Shown here: positions 1 through 8,793 of the stretch, one piece after another
How the letters are laid out: each line of letters opens with the position of its first letter
Numbering within the stretch: position 1 is the first letter of the stretch
Assembly: GCA_050245995.1 (NCBI GenBank)
Contig: JBFWWV010000004.1
Coordinates: forward strand, 234,104 to 298,103
DNA length: 64,000 bases
Reading direction: 5' to 3'
From: Planctomycetota bacterium
GTDB lineage: Bacteria > Planctomycetota > UBA1135 > UBA2386
Notes under the pieces: generated by a model
What the model was told of the DNA's origin: nothing
The model's input: the letters and a program-made list of their open reading frames with translations, nothing else
Database searches by the model: none
Made by a program: the position numbers and the translations under genes

Positions 1-3000
1 ACCAACGCGAATCCGACCTCGAGCAGCTGCGCGCGCTGCTGCAGGCCGCGACGCCGGTGGCCGATCCCGCCGCGGGGCTCGGGCGGCTGCAGGAGCTGCG
101 CACGGCGGCGGCCGGCCCGGACGCGCTGGCGCGCGACCTGTGCGAGGCCGAGGGCCGCTGGCTGCGCGCCGAGGCGCACGGCCGCAACGAGCTGGCGGCG
201 GCGGCGACCGCCTGCGGCGATGCGCTGCTGCGCCTGCGCGCGCGCAGCTGCAGCCGGGCGCCGGCCGACGACGTCGACGCCCTGTTCGAGGTGGCGATGG
301 CGATCGCCGGCCACCGGCAGCGCGGCGACGCCGAGACCGCCGACGCGCTGGCGGCGCAGCTGGTCGCGCGGCTCGAGGCCGTGACCGACACCGACCGCCT
401 GTGCCAGGAGGCCGACGAGCGCTGGGCGCAGCTGACCGGCGCCGACGACGACCGGCCGTTGCGCGAGCAGGTCTCGGATCTGCGCGCCACCGGCATGCTG
501 CTGCGCGAGCTCGCCGACCGCAACGACAGCGCGCGGCTGCGGCGGCGCTCGCGGCGGGCGCTGCGCGCGGCCGACGACCGCGAGCTGCAGGCGCGGCTCG
601 AGGCGCTGCTGGGCCACCGCGGTGTGATCGCGCTGGAGACCGGCAGCTTCGTGCTGCTGCTGCTGGTGCTGGTCGTGCTGGTGGTCGAGGCCACGGTCGC
701 GCTGACCGACCGGCAGCTGGTCTGGCTGCACTGGGTCGACGGGCTGGCCTGCGCGTTCTTCGTCGCCGAGTTCGGGCTCAAGCTGGCGCTGGCGCCGCAC
801 CGGGGCTCGTGGTTCCTGCGCAACGTGCTGACCGACCTGCTGCCGGCGCTGCCGGCGGTGCTGTGGCTGCTGCCCGGCCCCGCGCTGCCGGGCGCCGCCG
901 ACGACGTGGTGATGGTGCGGCTGCTGCGGCTGCTGCGCGTGACCTGGGCGGCCCGCTACGTGCAGGCGCTGCGGCCGCTGCTGCGCACCGCGCGCCTCGT
1001 GCTGCTGATGGTGCGCGGCATGGACGGGCTGGTGCGCCGGTTCCGGTCGCTGCTCGACCGGAACTTCGTGTTCCTGGCCGGCGCGCCGGTCGAGTCGGTC
1101 GCGCAGGAGACGCGGCGCGACGTGGTGTTCGCGGCGCTGGTGCGCGAGCGGTCGCTGTTCGCGGCGCTGCCGGCGGACCGGCGACACGGCGTGCTGGCCG
1201 CGCGACTCGCCGCGGTCACGGCGCGCGCCGACGCGTTGCCGGGCGCCTGGCAGCAGTCGGTCGAACGCGCGCCCGAGCGCGACATCCCGGTCGAGCGCGC
1301 CTGCGAGTTCCTGTGGTCGCTGCGCGCCAGCGACGTCGACCGCTACCTGCGGCCCGCCGACCTGCGCGCGCTCGACCGCGTCGCCCGCGTCGTCAGCACC
1401 GCGCCGCTGTGCTGGCTTCCGATCCTGCGGCGGTTCGCGGTGCGGCCGCAGCCGGCGCAGCCCGAGGAGCGGGTGATCGCGCTCGGCCGCAACGTCGCCG
1501 ACTGGCTGATCGGCTGGCAGGACCGGCTGCAGTTCTTCGCCGACCTGCACGGCATCGTCACCGGACCGCAGATCCTCGACCGCGTCGCCAGCGCGATGGT
1601 CAAGGCGTCGCAGCGTCCGGCCGTGCGCCTCCTCCTGTTCGGCGGCCTGTTCCTGCTGTTCGACCTGCTGATCGGCAACGAGAGCGTCAGCCGCTTCCTG
1701 AAGAACATCGTCGTCGGTCCGCTGCTGATCCTCGGCTCGTTCTGCCTGGTCACGCTCGGCACCGGCTGGTGGCTCAAGCGCGTCGCCGGCGAGGCCAACG
1801 AGACCTTCCGGCTGCTCAGCGAGGCGCACTTCGTGTCGCTGCTGAGCCTGAGCAAGCGGCGGCACGAGCGCGCCGACACCGAGTTCCTGGGCGAGCGGGT
1901 GCTGGCCGACGTCACGCCCGGGGACCCGGTCCAGCTGCTGCGGCTGCAGCTGGCCGGGGCGCGCGCCGGCGTGCCGGTCGACGTCGTCGGCTTCGACGAC
2001 CGCGAGGAGCGGCTCGGCAGCGCGGTGGCGCTGCTGTACCTGCACTTCCTCGACGGCGCCCTGCTGCACGGCAGCGACGTCAAGACCACCGAGCAGCTGC
2101 TGGCCAACCTGGCGCTCGACAACCTGCGGCAGGCGCACCTGGGCTACTCGCGGCGCGACAAGAAGCGGCTGTGGCAGCTGCGGCTCGACGACGGCTCGGT
2201 GCTGCGCGGCCCGTTCCTGTGGTTCCGCTTCATCACCGAGTCGATCACCGTCGAGACCAGCAAGCGCATCGCCGAGTACAACCGCCGCTGCGTGCCGCTC
2301 GAGCGGCTCGCGGAGCTCTCGCCGGCCCGGCGGCAGGCCCTGCACGACTGGCTGCAGCAGCGCCGCGACCCGAAGGCCGGGCGCACCGTCGAGCGGCTGG
2401 AGTCGCCGGACGCGGCCAGCGGCTACACCACGACCGAGTTCCACGCGCTGCACTTCCTGACCGTCGATCGCGCCCGCGACGACCACGTGCGCGCGCTGTT
2501 CGGCGACGAGGTGCTGGCGGCGCTGCAGCAGGACCGCCGCAACATGATCCGCGAGATCTTCGGCATGCGGCCGGCGCGCGAGCTCGCGTCCAGCACCCGC
2601 GCGTTCAACGCCTGGAACCTGTACTGGTCGCGGCTGTCGCACGGCCGCGTGTTCCTGCTGCCGGTGTGGGCGATCGCGCGGGCGTTCGGCGGCGTCTGGT
2701 GGTTCGGTGGGCGCATGCGGCAGATCGTGCGCGAGGTGCTGCGGCCGCAGCTCGCGCAGCAGCAGCGCGAGTCGGGCGCGGCCACGTTCGGCGTGGCGCT
2801 GCGCAAGATCCACCGGATGAAGGCGCCGGGCCTGCTCGAGGCGATCCGCACGCGGCTGGCGCTCGACCCGGTCTACGGCGGCGCGCCGGCCGGCTGGAGC
2901 GACGTCGACGCGGCGGTGGCGCACGGACGCTCGCAGCTCGAACGCGACCTCGACTTCCTGCAGCTGCACGAGCGCGAGCGCGCGGTGTTCCGCGACCAGG

Positions 3001-3602
3001 CCGCCTGGAATCGCGAGCACGTGGCGACGCTGCACGCGGCGCTGTCGTGGCTGCCGCCGCTCGGCGATCCGCAGGCGTCGGCGGCCCTGCGGCGCGACGC
3101 CGAGCTGGCGGTGACGGTGGCGTGGCTCAGCGACCGCGACGCCGTGCGCACGCTGCTCGCGGCCGAGCCCTGGCGGCTCGGCGACCTGCCGGAGATCCTG
3201 CAGCGCGAGGTGCCGATCGGCCTGCTGCGCCGCGCGTGCTGGGCGGTGCAGGACCTGTTCGGGACGCACCCCACGGCGGTGTTCGCGCGCCGCCAGGGTC
3301 TGCGGTTGGCCCGGCGCGAGCGCCGCAACCTGCGCGCTGCCTGGGTCGACGAGCAGCGCGTGCGCGCGGTGATCGCGGCCTGGAACGCGCTGCCCGCCGG
3401 CACCGGCCCGGCGCAGGCGGCGCTCGACCGGCTGCGCGCGTTCTGGCGCGGCGGCGAGCAGGTGCGGCGCGAGCTGACCGCGCTGCGCGCGATCCAGTCG
3501 CTGTCGGTGCTCGACGTGCGCAACTACCGCGAGGCGGTGTTCGAGATCGGCGGCTACCAGCAGGACGGCGAGGACCCGGCGCCGGCGCGGAGCCTGCCGT
3601 GA
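1..3602 (+). CDS. 5'-truncated large membrane protein with voltage-sensor-domain (VSD)-like 4-TM module, no pore domain
   Basis: Track ORF 57..3602 begins at GTG, but the frame stays open to the window edge (first full codon at 3), so the gene is 5'-partial. Four TM helices: S1; S2 with acidic FFVAEFGLKL; S3 RNVLTDLL; S4 arginine ladder RLLRLLRVTWAARYVQALRPLLR. No S5-P-S6 pore or selectivity filter follows. There is a later 2-TM hairpin and a ~600-aa cytoplasmic C-terminal region of unknown function. The stop overlaps the next start (GTGA). Confidence 0.7.
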   Translation, partial: QRESDLEQLRALLQAATPVADPAAGLGRLQELRTAAAGPDALARDLCEAEGRWLRAEAHGRNELAAAATACGDALLRLRARSCSRAPADDVDALFEVAMAIAGHRQRGDAETADALAAQLVARLEAVTDTDRLCQEADERWAQLTGADDDRPLREQVSDLRATGMLLRELADRNDSARLRRRSRRALRAADDRELQARLEALLGHRGVIALETGSFVLLLLVLVVLVVEATVALTDRQLVWLHWVDGLACAFFVAEFGLKLALAPHRGSWFLRNVLTDLLPALPAVLWLLPGPALPGAADDVVMVRLLRLLRVTWAARYVQALRPLLRTARLVLLMVRGMDGLVRRFRSLLDRNFVFLAGAPVESVAQETRRDVVFAALVRERSLFAALPADRRHGVLAARLAAVTARADALPGAWQQSVERAPERDIPVERACEFLWSLRASDVDRYLRPADLRALDRVARVVSTAPLCWLPILRRFAVRPQPAQPEERVIALGRNVADWLIGWQDRLQFFADLHGIVTGPQILDRVASAMVKASQRPAVRLLLFGGLFLLFDLLIGNESVSRFLKNIVVGPLLILGSFCLVTLGTGWWLKRVAGEANETFRLLSEAHFVSLLSLSKRRHERADTEFLGERVLADVTPGDPVQLLRLQLAGARAGVPVDVVGFDDREERLGSAVALLYLHFLDGALLHGSDVKTTEQLLANLALDNLRQAHLGYSRRDKKRLWQLRLDDGSVLRGPFLWFRFITESITVETSKRIAEYNRRCVPLERLAELSPARRQALHDWLQQRRDPKAGRTVERLESPDAASGYTTTEFHALHFLTVDRARDDHVRALFGDEVLAALQQDRRNMIREIFGMRPARELASSTRAFNAWNLYWSRLSHGRVFLLPVWAIARAFGGVWWFGGRMRQIVREVLRPQLAQQQRESGAATFGVALRKIHRMKAPGLLEAIRTRLALDPVYGGAPAGWSDVDAAVAHGRSQLERDLDFLQLHERERAVFRDQAAWNREHVATLHAALSWLPPLGDPQASAALRRDAELAVTVAWLSDRDAVRTLLAAEPWRLGDLPEILQREVPIGLLRRACWAVQDLFGTHPTAVFARRQGLRLARRERRNLRAAWVDEQRVRAVIAAWNALPAGTGPAQAALDRLRAFWRGGEQVRRELTALRAIQSLSVLDVRNYREAVFEIGGYQQDGEDPAPARSLP

Positions 3603-5011
3603 GCGCGGACCCTGCTGCGGACCCGGGCCCGGAGCGGGAGCGCGCGCAGCGGCACCGCGCGCTGCTGTGGCTGTGCGTGGCGGCCGTGTGCGGGCGCTGG
3701 CTGCTGGCAGCGCGCACGCCGGTGCCGGCCGAGGACGGCGTCAACTACCTGTGGATGGCGCAGCGGTTCGCCGCCGGCGACGCGGCGGCAGCGCTGGCCG
3801 AGCCGTTCTCGCCGCTGTGGCCGCTGCTGCTGGCGCTGCCGATCGCCTGCGGCGCGCCGGCGTTCCTGGCCGGCCAGGTCGCCGGCGCGCTGGTCGGCGG
3901 GCTCGGGATCCTGCCGATCGCCGCGATCGCCGAACGGCTGCGGCGCGGCGCCGGCCTGCCGGCCGCGGCGCTGGCGACGACGTCGTCGGTGCTGGCGCGC
4001 ACCGCGCCCGAGGTGCTCACCGAGCCGCTGTTCGTGCTGGTCGCGGGGCTCGGCGCGTGGGCCGGGCTCGCGGGCCGGTACTGCTGGCTCGGCGTCGCCA
4101 CCGGCGCCGCGTTCCTGGTGCGGCCCGAGGGCGCGATCCTGATGCTGCCGTGGCTGGTGTTGCGGCCGCGCGCGGCGTGGCGCGCGCTGCCGTTCGCGGC
4201 CGGGCTGATCGCCGCCTTCGCCGCGTGGCGCATGGCCTGCGGCCACGGCTTCGACCCGGTGCCGAAGATGCAGTTCCACGAGCTGCGCCAGGACCTCGGC
4301 GGCGCGCGCGGCGACCTGCCGGCGAACGCGCTGCAGGCGCCGGGCGTGTTCCTCGAGGCGTTCGCCGGCGCGGCGGTGCTGGCGGTCCTGTCGCTGTGGC
4401 CGCGGCGGCGCGTCGCGCTGCGTGCGCCGGACCCGACCGCGCGCGTCGCCGCCGACGACGCGCGCCGCGGCGAGCGGGCGCTGTGGCTGCTGCTCGGGCT
4501 CGGCGCGCTGGTGATCTGCACGTTCGTCGCGCGGCGCCGGTTCTTCGTGTCCTGGGCGCCCGCGGTGCTGCCGCTCGCCGGCGTCGCGCTGGCGCGCATG
4601 CAGGCGATCGGCGCGCGCGGCCGCGAACTGCTGCTGGCGCTGTGCTGCGGCCTCGACCTGTGGACCAGCTTCCACGGCACCATCGCCGCCGACCGCTTGG
4701 CCGAGCGGCTGGTGGGCGAGTACCTCGGTGCGCGGCTCGCGCCGGGGCAGACCGTGGTCGCCGACATGACGCGCGTGCTCTGGTTCGCCGGCCAGCGGCC
4801 GCTGCCGCCCCGGCACTTCGACGCCGCGTACTACCTGGAGCACGCGGCGCGGCCCGAGGTCGAGTTCGTCGTGCTGCACGAGGAGAGCCGCCGCGGCATC
4901 TACGGCGACGTGGTGCGCGGGCTCGGCGCCGCGTTCGCGCGGTTCGACCTGCCCGGCGGCCTGCGCGATCTGGCGGATCGGCGCGGCATCGCGGTGTTCG
5001 TGCGCAGGTAG
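3599..5011 (+). CDS. GT-C fold membrane glycosyltransferase (ArnT/PMT-like, GT39/GT83-type)
   Basis: C-terminal real part of track ORF 140..5011. Start taken as GTG 3599, in frame and overlapping the upstream stop. About 10 TM helices. Periplasmic-loop motif AEDGVNYLW after TM1, typical of polyprenyl-phosphate-sugar-dependent GT-C enzymes. The 140..3598 part of the track ORF is Arg-rich off-frame noise. Confidence 0.6.
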   Translation: MSADPAADPGPERERAQRHRALLWLCVAAVCGRWLLAARTPVPAEDGVNYLWMAQRFAAGDAAAALAEPFSPLWPLLLALPIACGAPAFLAGQVAGALVGGLGILPIAAIAERLRRGAGLPAAALATTSSVLARTAPEVLTEPLFVLVAGLGAWAGLAGRYCWLGVATGAAFLVRPEGAILMLPWLVLRPRAAWRALPFAAGLIAAFAAWRMACGHGFDPVPKMQFHELRQDLGGARGDLPANALQAPGVFLEAFAGAAVLAVLSLWPRRRVALRAPDPTARVAADDARRGERALWLLLGLGALVICTFVARRRFFVSWAPAVLPLAGVALARMQAIGARGRELLLALCCGLDLWTSFHGTIAADRLAERLVGEYLGARLAPGQTVVADMTRVLWFAGQRPLPPRHFDAAYYLEHAARPEVEFVVLHEESRRGIYGDVVRGLGAAFARFDLPGGLRDLADRRGIAVFVRR

Positions 5012-5114
5012 CCGGGTCGCCGGCGCGCGCGGGCTCTTCGTCGGGACCTACTTTGCAAAGCAAAGCCAAGGGCGCTAGCATGCGCCCGCGGCGCGGTCGT
5101 GGGCGGCCGCCGAG

Positions 5115-7796
5115 GTGACGATGCGAACGACGTTGCTGTCCGTTCTGGTTCTGGTGCTGGCCGCTGTGGTCGGGTGGCTGGCCTTCGGCGGCGGTGGCGC
5201 GCCGGCGGCGCCGGAAGGGGACGCTGCCGGTGGGTCGCCGACGACCGCGCCCCCGGCCGTCGTTGCTGCGGAGACTCGCGCCGATGCGGGCGGCGCCAAC
5301 GCGACCGCTCCCGGCACTTCGGCGCGCGTCGCGGCAGGGCCGCCGGTGACCGAGGCAGTCGACGACGAGGTGCAGGCCGAACCGCCGCCCATTCCGGACA
5401 ACGCGGAGACGCTGGTCGTGCGCGTGGTCGACGCGGCGACGCAGGCGCCGGTCGCCGGCGCCGAGGTGCGGTGGGCGGACATGGGGTTCATCATCCAACG
5501 GCGCATGGCGGGGCTGCCGCGCGGGGCTTCGTTCGGCGACCTGCGGGAGCTCGATCCCGAGGACCTGGCGCGCCGCTTCGGCTGGACCGCGCGCACGGAC
5601 GCGCGCGGCGAGGCGGTGGTGCAGATGGCGAACGCGGCCACGGTGTGCGCGCGTCACGGCGAGCGCTACGGGCAGACGCAGGTGGACCCGCGCAAGCCGC
5701 CGCCCGAGGGCGTCCGCATCGAGCTGCGGGTGGACCGGGCGCTGCGCGTCCTGGTTCGCTCGGCGGCCGGCGACCCGGCCGGCCCCGTGCCGCTCGAACT
5801 GGTCGCGGTGCGCACCAGCGGCCCGCCGCGTCAGGTGGCCCGCGCCGAGTCGGGTGCCGACGGCGCGGCGGTGTTCGCGCACGCTCAGGAGCTGCAGCTC
5901 GGCCGCAGCGACGGCGCGTGCCGGGTGCGGGCGGCGCTGCCGGGTCTCGACGATGCCGGGGTCGAGGTCGACCCGCGGTCGCCGCCGGCCGAGCCGGTGG
6001 TGCTGCAACTGCCGCCGTGCGGTCGGGTGCTGGCGGCGATCGACGTCGGCGCCGTGCGCCGTGCCGAGGGGCAGATCACGCTGGCCGCCGCCGCCGACCC
6101 GATGGTGAACCAGCTGCGCGCGTCGATCGACGACGACGGCTGGGCGCGGTTCGCCTGGGTGCCGGCGGGGACGAGGTTCGTGGCGACGGCCAGCTTCGAC
6201 CGCGTCGGCGCGCGCCACGAGTTCGCCGGCCCGCCGGGCGACGGTGACGAGGTGCGGGTCGAACTGCGCCCCGACCCCGGGGTGGTGATCGTCGCCGGAC
6301 GGGCCGTGGACTCCCGGGGGCGCGCGCTCGGCGGGATGCAGGTCGGCCTGCAGTTCCGGATCGGCACCGGCCGCGTCTCCGGCTCGGCGCAGACCGGCGC
6401 CGACGGCACGTTCCGGTTCGCGGCCGGCCCGGCGGCCAACCCGCCGCGCATCGACGAGCTGACCATCACCGTGTCGAAGGTCGACTGCCTGCGGTCCTCG
6501 GTCACGCGCGGGCCGCTCGACCTGCCGGCGGGGCTCACCGACCTCGGCGAGCTGGTGTTCGCCGAGGAACGCCTCGTGGTCGCCGGTCGCTTCGACGGGC
6601 CCGGCGCGCGCTCGGAGCGCCGCCGCGGCATGTCCGTCGAGCGCTGGTCGGCCGGCGAGGCCGGCGTCGAGGCCGGCTGGCGCGCGGTCGAGGGGCTGAG
6701 CCACTTCCAGCACGAAGGCGCGTTCGCCTTCGGCGGCGACACCGCGCCCGGCCGGCACCGGCTGGTGGTCGGCGTGCGCGGCGAGTTCGACCGCCAGGAG
6801 GTCGAGTTCGCGCTCGGCACCGACGATCTCGTGGTGCACCTCGCCGAGACCTTCGGCCTGCGCGTTCGGGTGCTGGCGCCGCCGGGCGTGCCGGCGGCGC
6901 GGGTGGCGCTGCGGCGCGCGGGCGACGCCGTGGTTGCGCCGCCCAGCGAAGGCGTCGCGGCGGTGTTCGACCAGCGCATCCGCCGGGTCTTCGACGACCG
7001 CATCCAGGTGTGGAGCGAGCTGCCGCCCGGCACCTACGCCGTCGCGGTCCTGTGCGTCGATCGCGACCTGGTGCTCGCCGAGCGAACGGACCTGGTGCTG
7101 CCGGCGCCGGGCGGCGGTGAGCTGCCGCTGGTCGAGCTGGACGTGCGCGACCTCCTGCGGCGCATCGAGCTGAAGTTCCGCGCCGCCGACGGCGCCCCGA
7201 TCCCGTTCGGCGGCAAGGCGGCGGTGTTCGACCTGCCGCCCGCCGACCCCGCGCGCTGGCAGGGGCACCGCGCGCAAGGCAGCGGCTGCACGCTGGTCGT
7301 GCCGGCGGGGCCGCGCGACCTGCTGGTGACGGTCGACGGCTTCCGGCCGCAGCGGCTCGCGGGTGTGGACGGCGATCGCGAGGTCGTCCTCGAGCGCTGG
7401 GGCGACCAGGAGTTCACGGTGACCGGCGCGGCGTCGCCGCCGGGCACCGAGCTGCGGCTGCGCGTCCTGCCGGTGACCCCCGCGAGCACGGCGCGTTATC
7501 GCATGCCGTTCGGCGACGAGGGCGCTGCCGGCGACCTGCTCACGCCCGGCGGGGTCGCCACGCCGCTGCAGGACGGAACCGTGCGCGTGCCCGTCGCCGA
7601 CGGCGAGCACCGCGTGGCCGTCGAGCTCTGGCCCAAGGGCGCGCTGCAGTTCGGCCAGCCCGGCCGCAACGTGATCCCGCTCGAGGGCATCGCGCCGGCG
7701 ACGTTCGTGCCCGGCCCGACGCCGGTCGAACTGCGGATCGACGCCGCCGCCGTCAAGGACGCCGTCCGGCGGTCGCTGCAGGGGCAGCGCCGCTGA
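5115..7796 (+). CDS. secreted/membrane-anchored protein with multiple carboxypeptidase-regulatory-like (CarD_reg/transthyretin-like) beta-sandwich repeats
   Basis: ATG preceded by GAGGTGA SD. N-terminal signal anchor MTMRTTLLSVLVLVLAAVVGWLAF. Repeated motifs of the type VVRVVDAATQAPVAGAEVRW, AGRAVDSRGRALGGMQVGLQF and TGADGTFRF. Paralogous to the C-terminal region of the sigma-fusion protein at 46140..49211. Confidence 0.7.
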   Translation: MTMRTTLLSVLVLVLAAVVGWLAFGGGGAPAAPEGDAAGGSPTTAPPAVVAAETRADAGGANATAPGTSARVAAGPPVTEAVDDEVQAEPPPIPDNAETLVVRVVDAATQAPVAGAEVRWADMGFIIQRRMAGLPRGASFGDLRELDPEDLARRFGWTARTDARGEAVVQMANAATVCARHGERYGQTQVDPRKPPPEGVRIELRVDRALRVLVRSAAGDPAGPVPLELVAVRTSGPPRQVARAESGADGAAVFAHAQELQLGRSDGACRVRAALPGLDDAGVEVDPRSPPAEPVVLQLPPCGRVLAAIDVGAVRRAEGQITLAAAADPMVNQLRASIDDDGWARFAWVPAGTRFVATASFDRVGARHEFAGPPGDGDEVRVELRPDPGVVIVAGRAVDSRGRALGGMQVGLQFRIGTGRVSGSAQTGADGTFRFAAGPAANPPRIDELTITVSKVDCLRSSVTRGPLDLPAGLTDLGELVFAEERLVVAGRFDGPGARSERRRGMSVERWSAGEAGVEAGWRAVEGLSHFQHEGAFAFGGDTAPGRHRLVVGVRGEFDRQEVEFALGTDDLVVHLAETFGLRVRVLAPPGVPAARVALRRAGDAVVAPPSEGVAAVFDQRIRRVFDDRIQVWSELPPGTYAVAVLCVDRDLVLAERTDLVLPAPGGGELPLVELDVRDLLRRIELKFRAADGAPIPFGGKAAVFDLPPADPARWQGHRAQGSGCTLVVPAGPRDLLVTVDGFRPQRLAGVDGDREVVLERWGDQEFTVTGAASPPGTELRLRVLPVTPASTARYRMPFGDEGAAGDLLTPGGVATPLQDGTVRVPVADGEHRVAVELWPKGALQFGQPGRNVIPLEGIAPATFVPGPTPVELRIDAAAVKDAVRRSLQGQRR

Positions 7797-7828
7797 ACTG
7801 GCGCTGAACTGCCGGTGATCCGGCGCGG

Positions 7829-8764
7829 TCAGGCCTCGGTCGGCGCCGGCATCGCGGTGCGGCCGCGGCCCAGCAGCTCCGCGCACAGCACGCCGGCGGC
7901 GATCAAGGCACCGCCGGTCCACTCGAGGCCGGTCATCCGTTCGCCGAGCAGCACCGCGCCGCCGAGCGCCGCGAACGCGGGTTGCAGCGCGAACAGCACC
8001 GCGACCTGCGACTGGCGGATGCGCGGCTGCGCGCGCGCCTGGATGCCGATCGCGATCGCCAGCGCGAACACGCCGAGGAACGCGATGCAGCCGAGCACCT
8101 GCGGGTCGGCGCCCCACGTCGCGACCTCGCCGACGCCGCCCCACAGCGGCATCGCCGCGCTCACGCCGACGGCGACGGTCAGCAGCTGCCACCAGCAGTA
8201 GACGGTCTCGCGGCCGCCGCGCGCGAGCCGCGACAGCACCAGCACGTGCGCGGCGTAGCTGATCGACGAGCCGGCCAGCAGGGCCACGCCGAGCAGCGAG
8301 GTGTCGGCGTCGGGGTCCGCGGGCGGCGCGCCGCCGAAGCACAGGAACGCCACGCCGGCGGTGCCGAGCGCCACGCCGAGCACCGTCGGCGCGCGCAGCC
8401 GTTCGCCGAACAGGACCACGGCGCCGACCGCGACCAGCAGCGTGATCAGCCCGGTCAGGAAGCCGCCGACCGACGCGGTGGCGTGCTGCATGCCGGTCGT
8501 CTGCAGCACGTAGCCGAGCAGCAGGAACAGCCCGGTGACCACGCCGCGCAGGGCCTCGCTGCGCAGCGTGCCGTCTCGACGGCCGCGCAGCGCCCACGGC
8601 AGCAGGCACAGCACGGCGAGCCAGAACCGCGCCGTCAGCAGCGCGAACGGCGGCACGCCGCGGTCGAGCGGCACCTTGACCGCGGAGAACGACACGCCCC
8701 AGATGGCGATCGCGATCAGCAGCAGCAGTTGGGGCGGCACCCGGGGCATCGGCGCGCGCAGCAT
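7829..8764 (-). CDS. EamA/DMT-superfamily transporter
   Basis: Real C-terminal 311 aa of track ORF 7829..9751, starting at MLRAPMPRV. About 10 TM helices with two EamA-type halves. The N-terminal 329 aa of the track ORF are Arg/Pro-rich noise. Confidence 0.8.
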   Translation of the reverse strand: MLRAPMPRVPPQLLLLIAIAIWGVSFSAVKVPLDRGVPPFALLTARFWLAVLCLLPWALRGRRDGTLRSEALRGVVTGLFLLLGYVLQTTGMQHATASVGGFLTGLITLLVAVGAVVLFGERLRAPTVLGVALGTAGVAFLCFGGAPPADPDADTSLLGVALLAGSSISYAAHVLVLSRLARGGRETVYCWWQLLTVAVGVSAAMPLWGGVGEVATWGADPQVLGCIAFLGVFALAIAIGIQARAQPRIRQSQVAVLFALQPAFAALGGAVLLGERMTGLEWTGGALIAAGVLCAELLGRGRTAMPAPTEA

Positions 8765-8793
8765 AGCGACGCGCGCCGGCGGTTCGCCGGCGA

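Noticed and set aside
140-3598. N-terminal ~1150 aa of track ORF 140..5011 (Arg/Ala/Gly-rich)
   Set aside because: Off-frame read-through over the real 57..3602 gene. Its composition (R/A/G/P runs) is typical of alternate-frame noise in high-GC DNA. Only the 3599..5011 segment shows membrane-protein features.
4017-8609. 1530-aa minus-strand ORF
   Set aside because: Antisense to the GT-C and CarD_reg genes. Extreme Arg/Ala/Pro bias and no domain-like segments.
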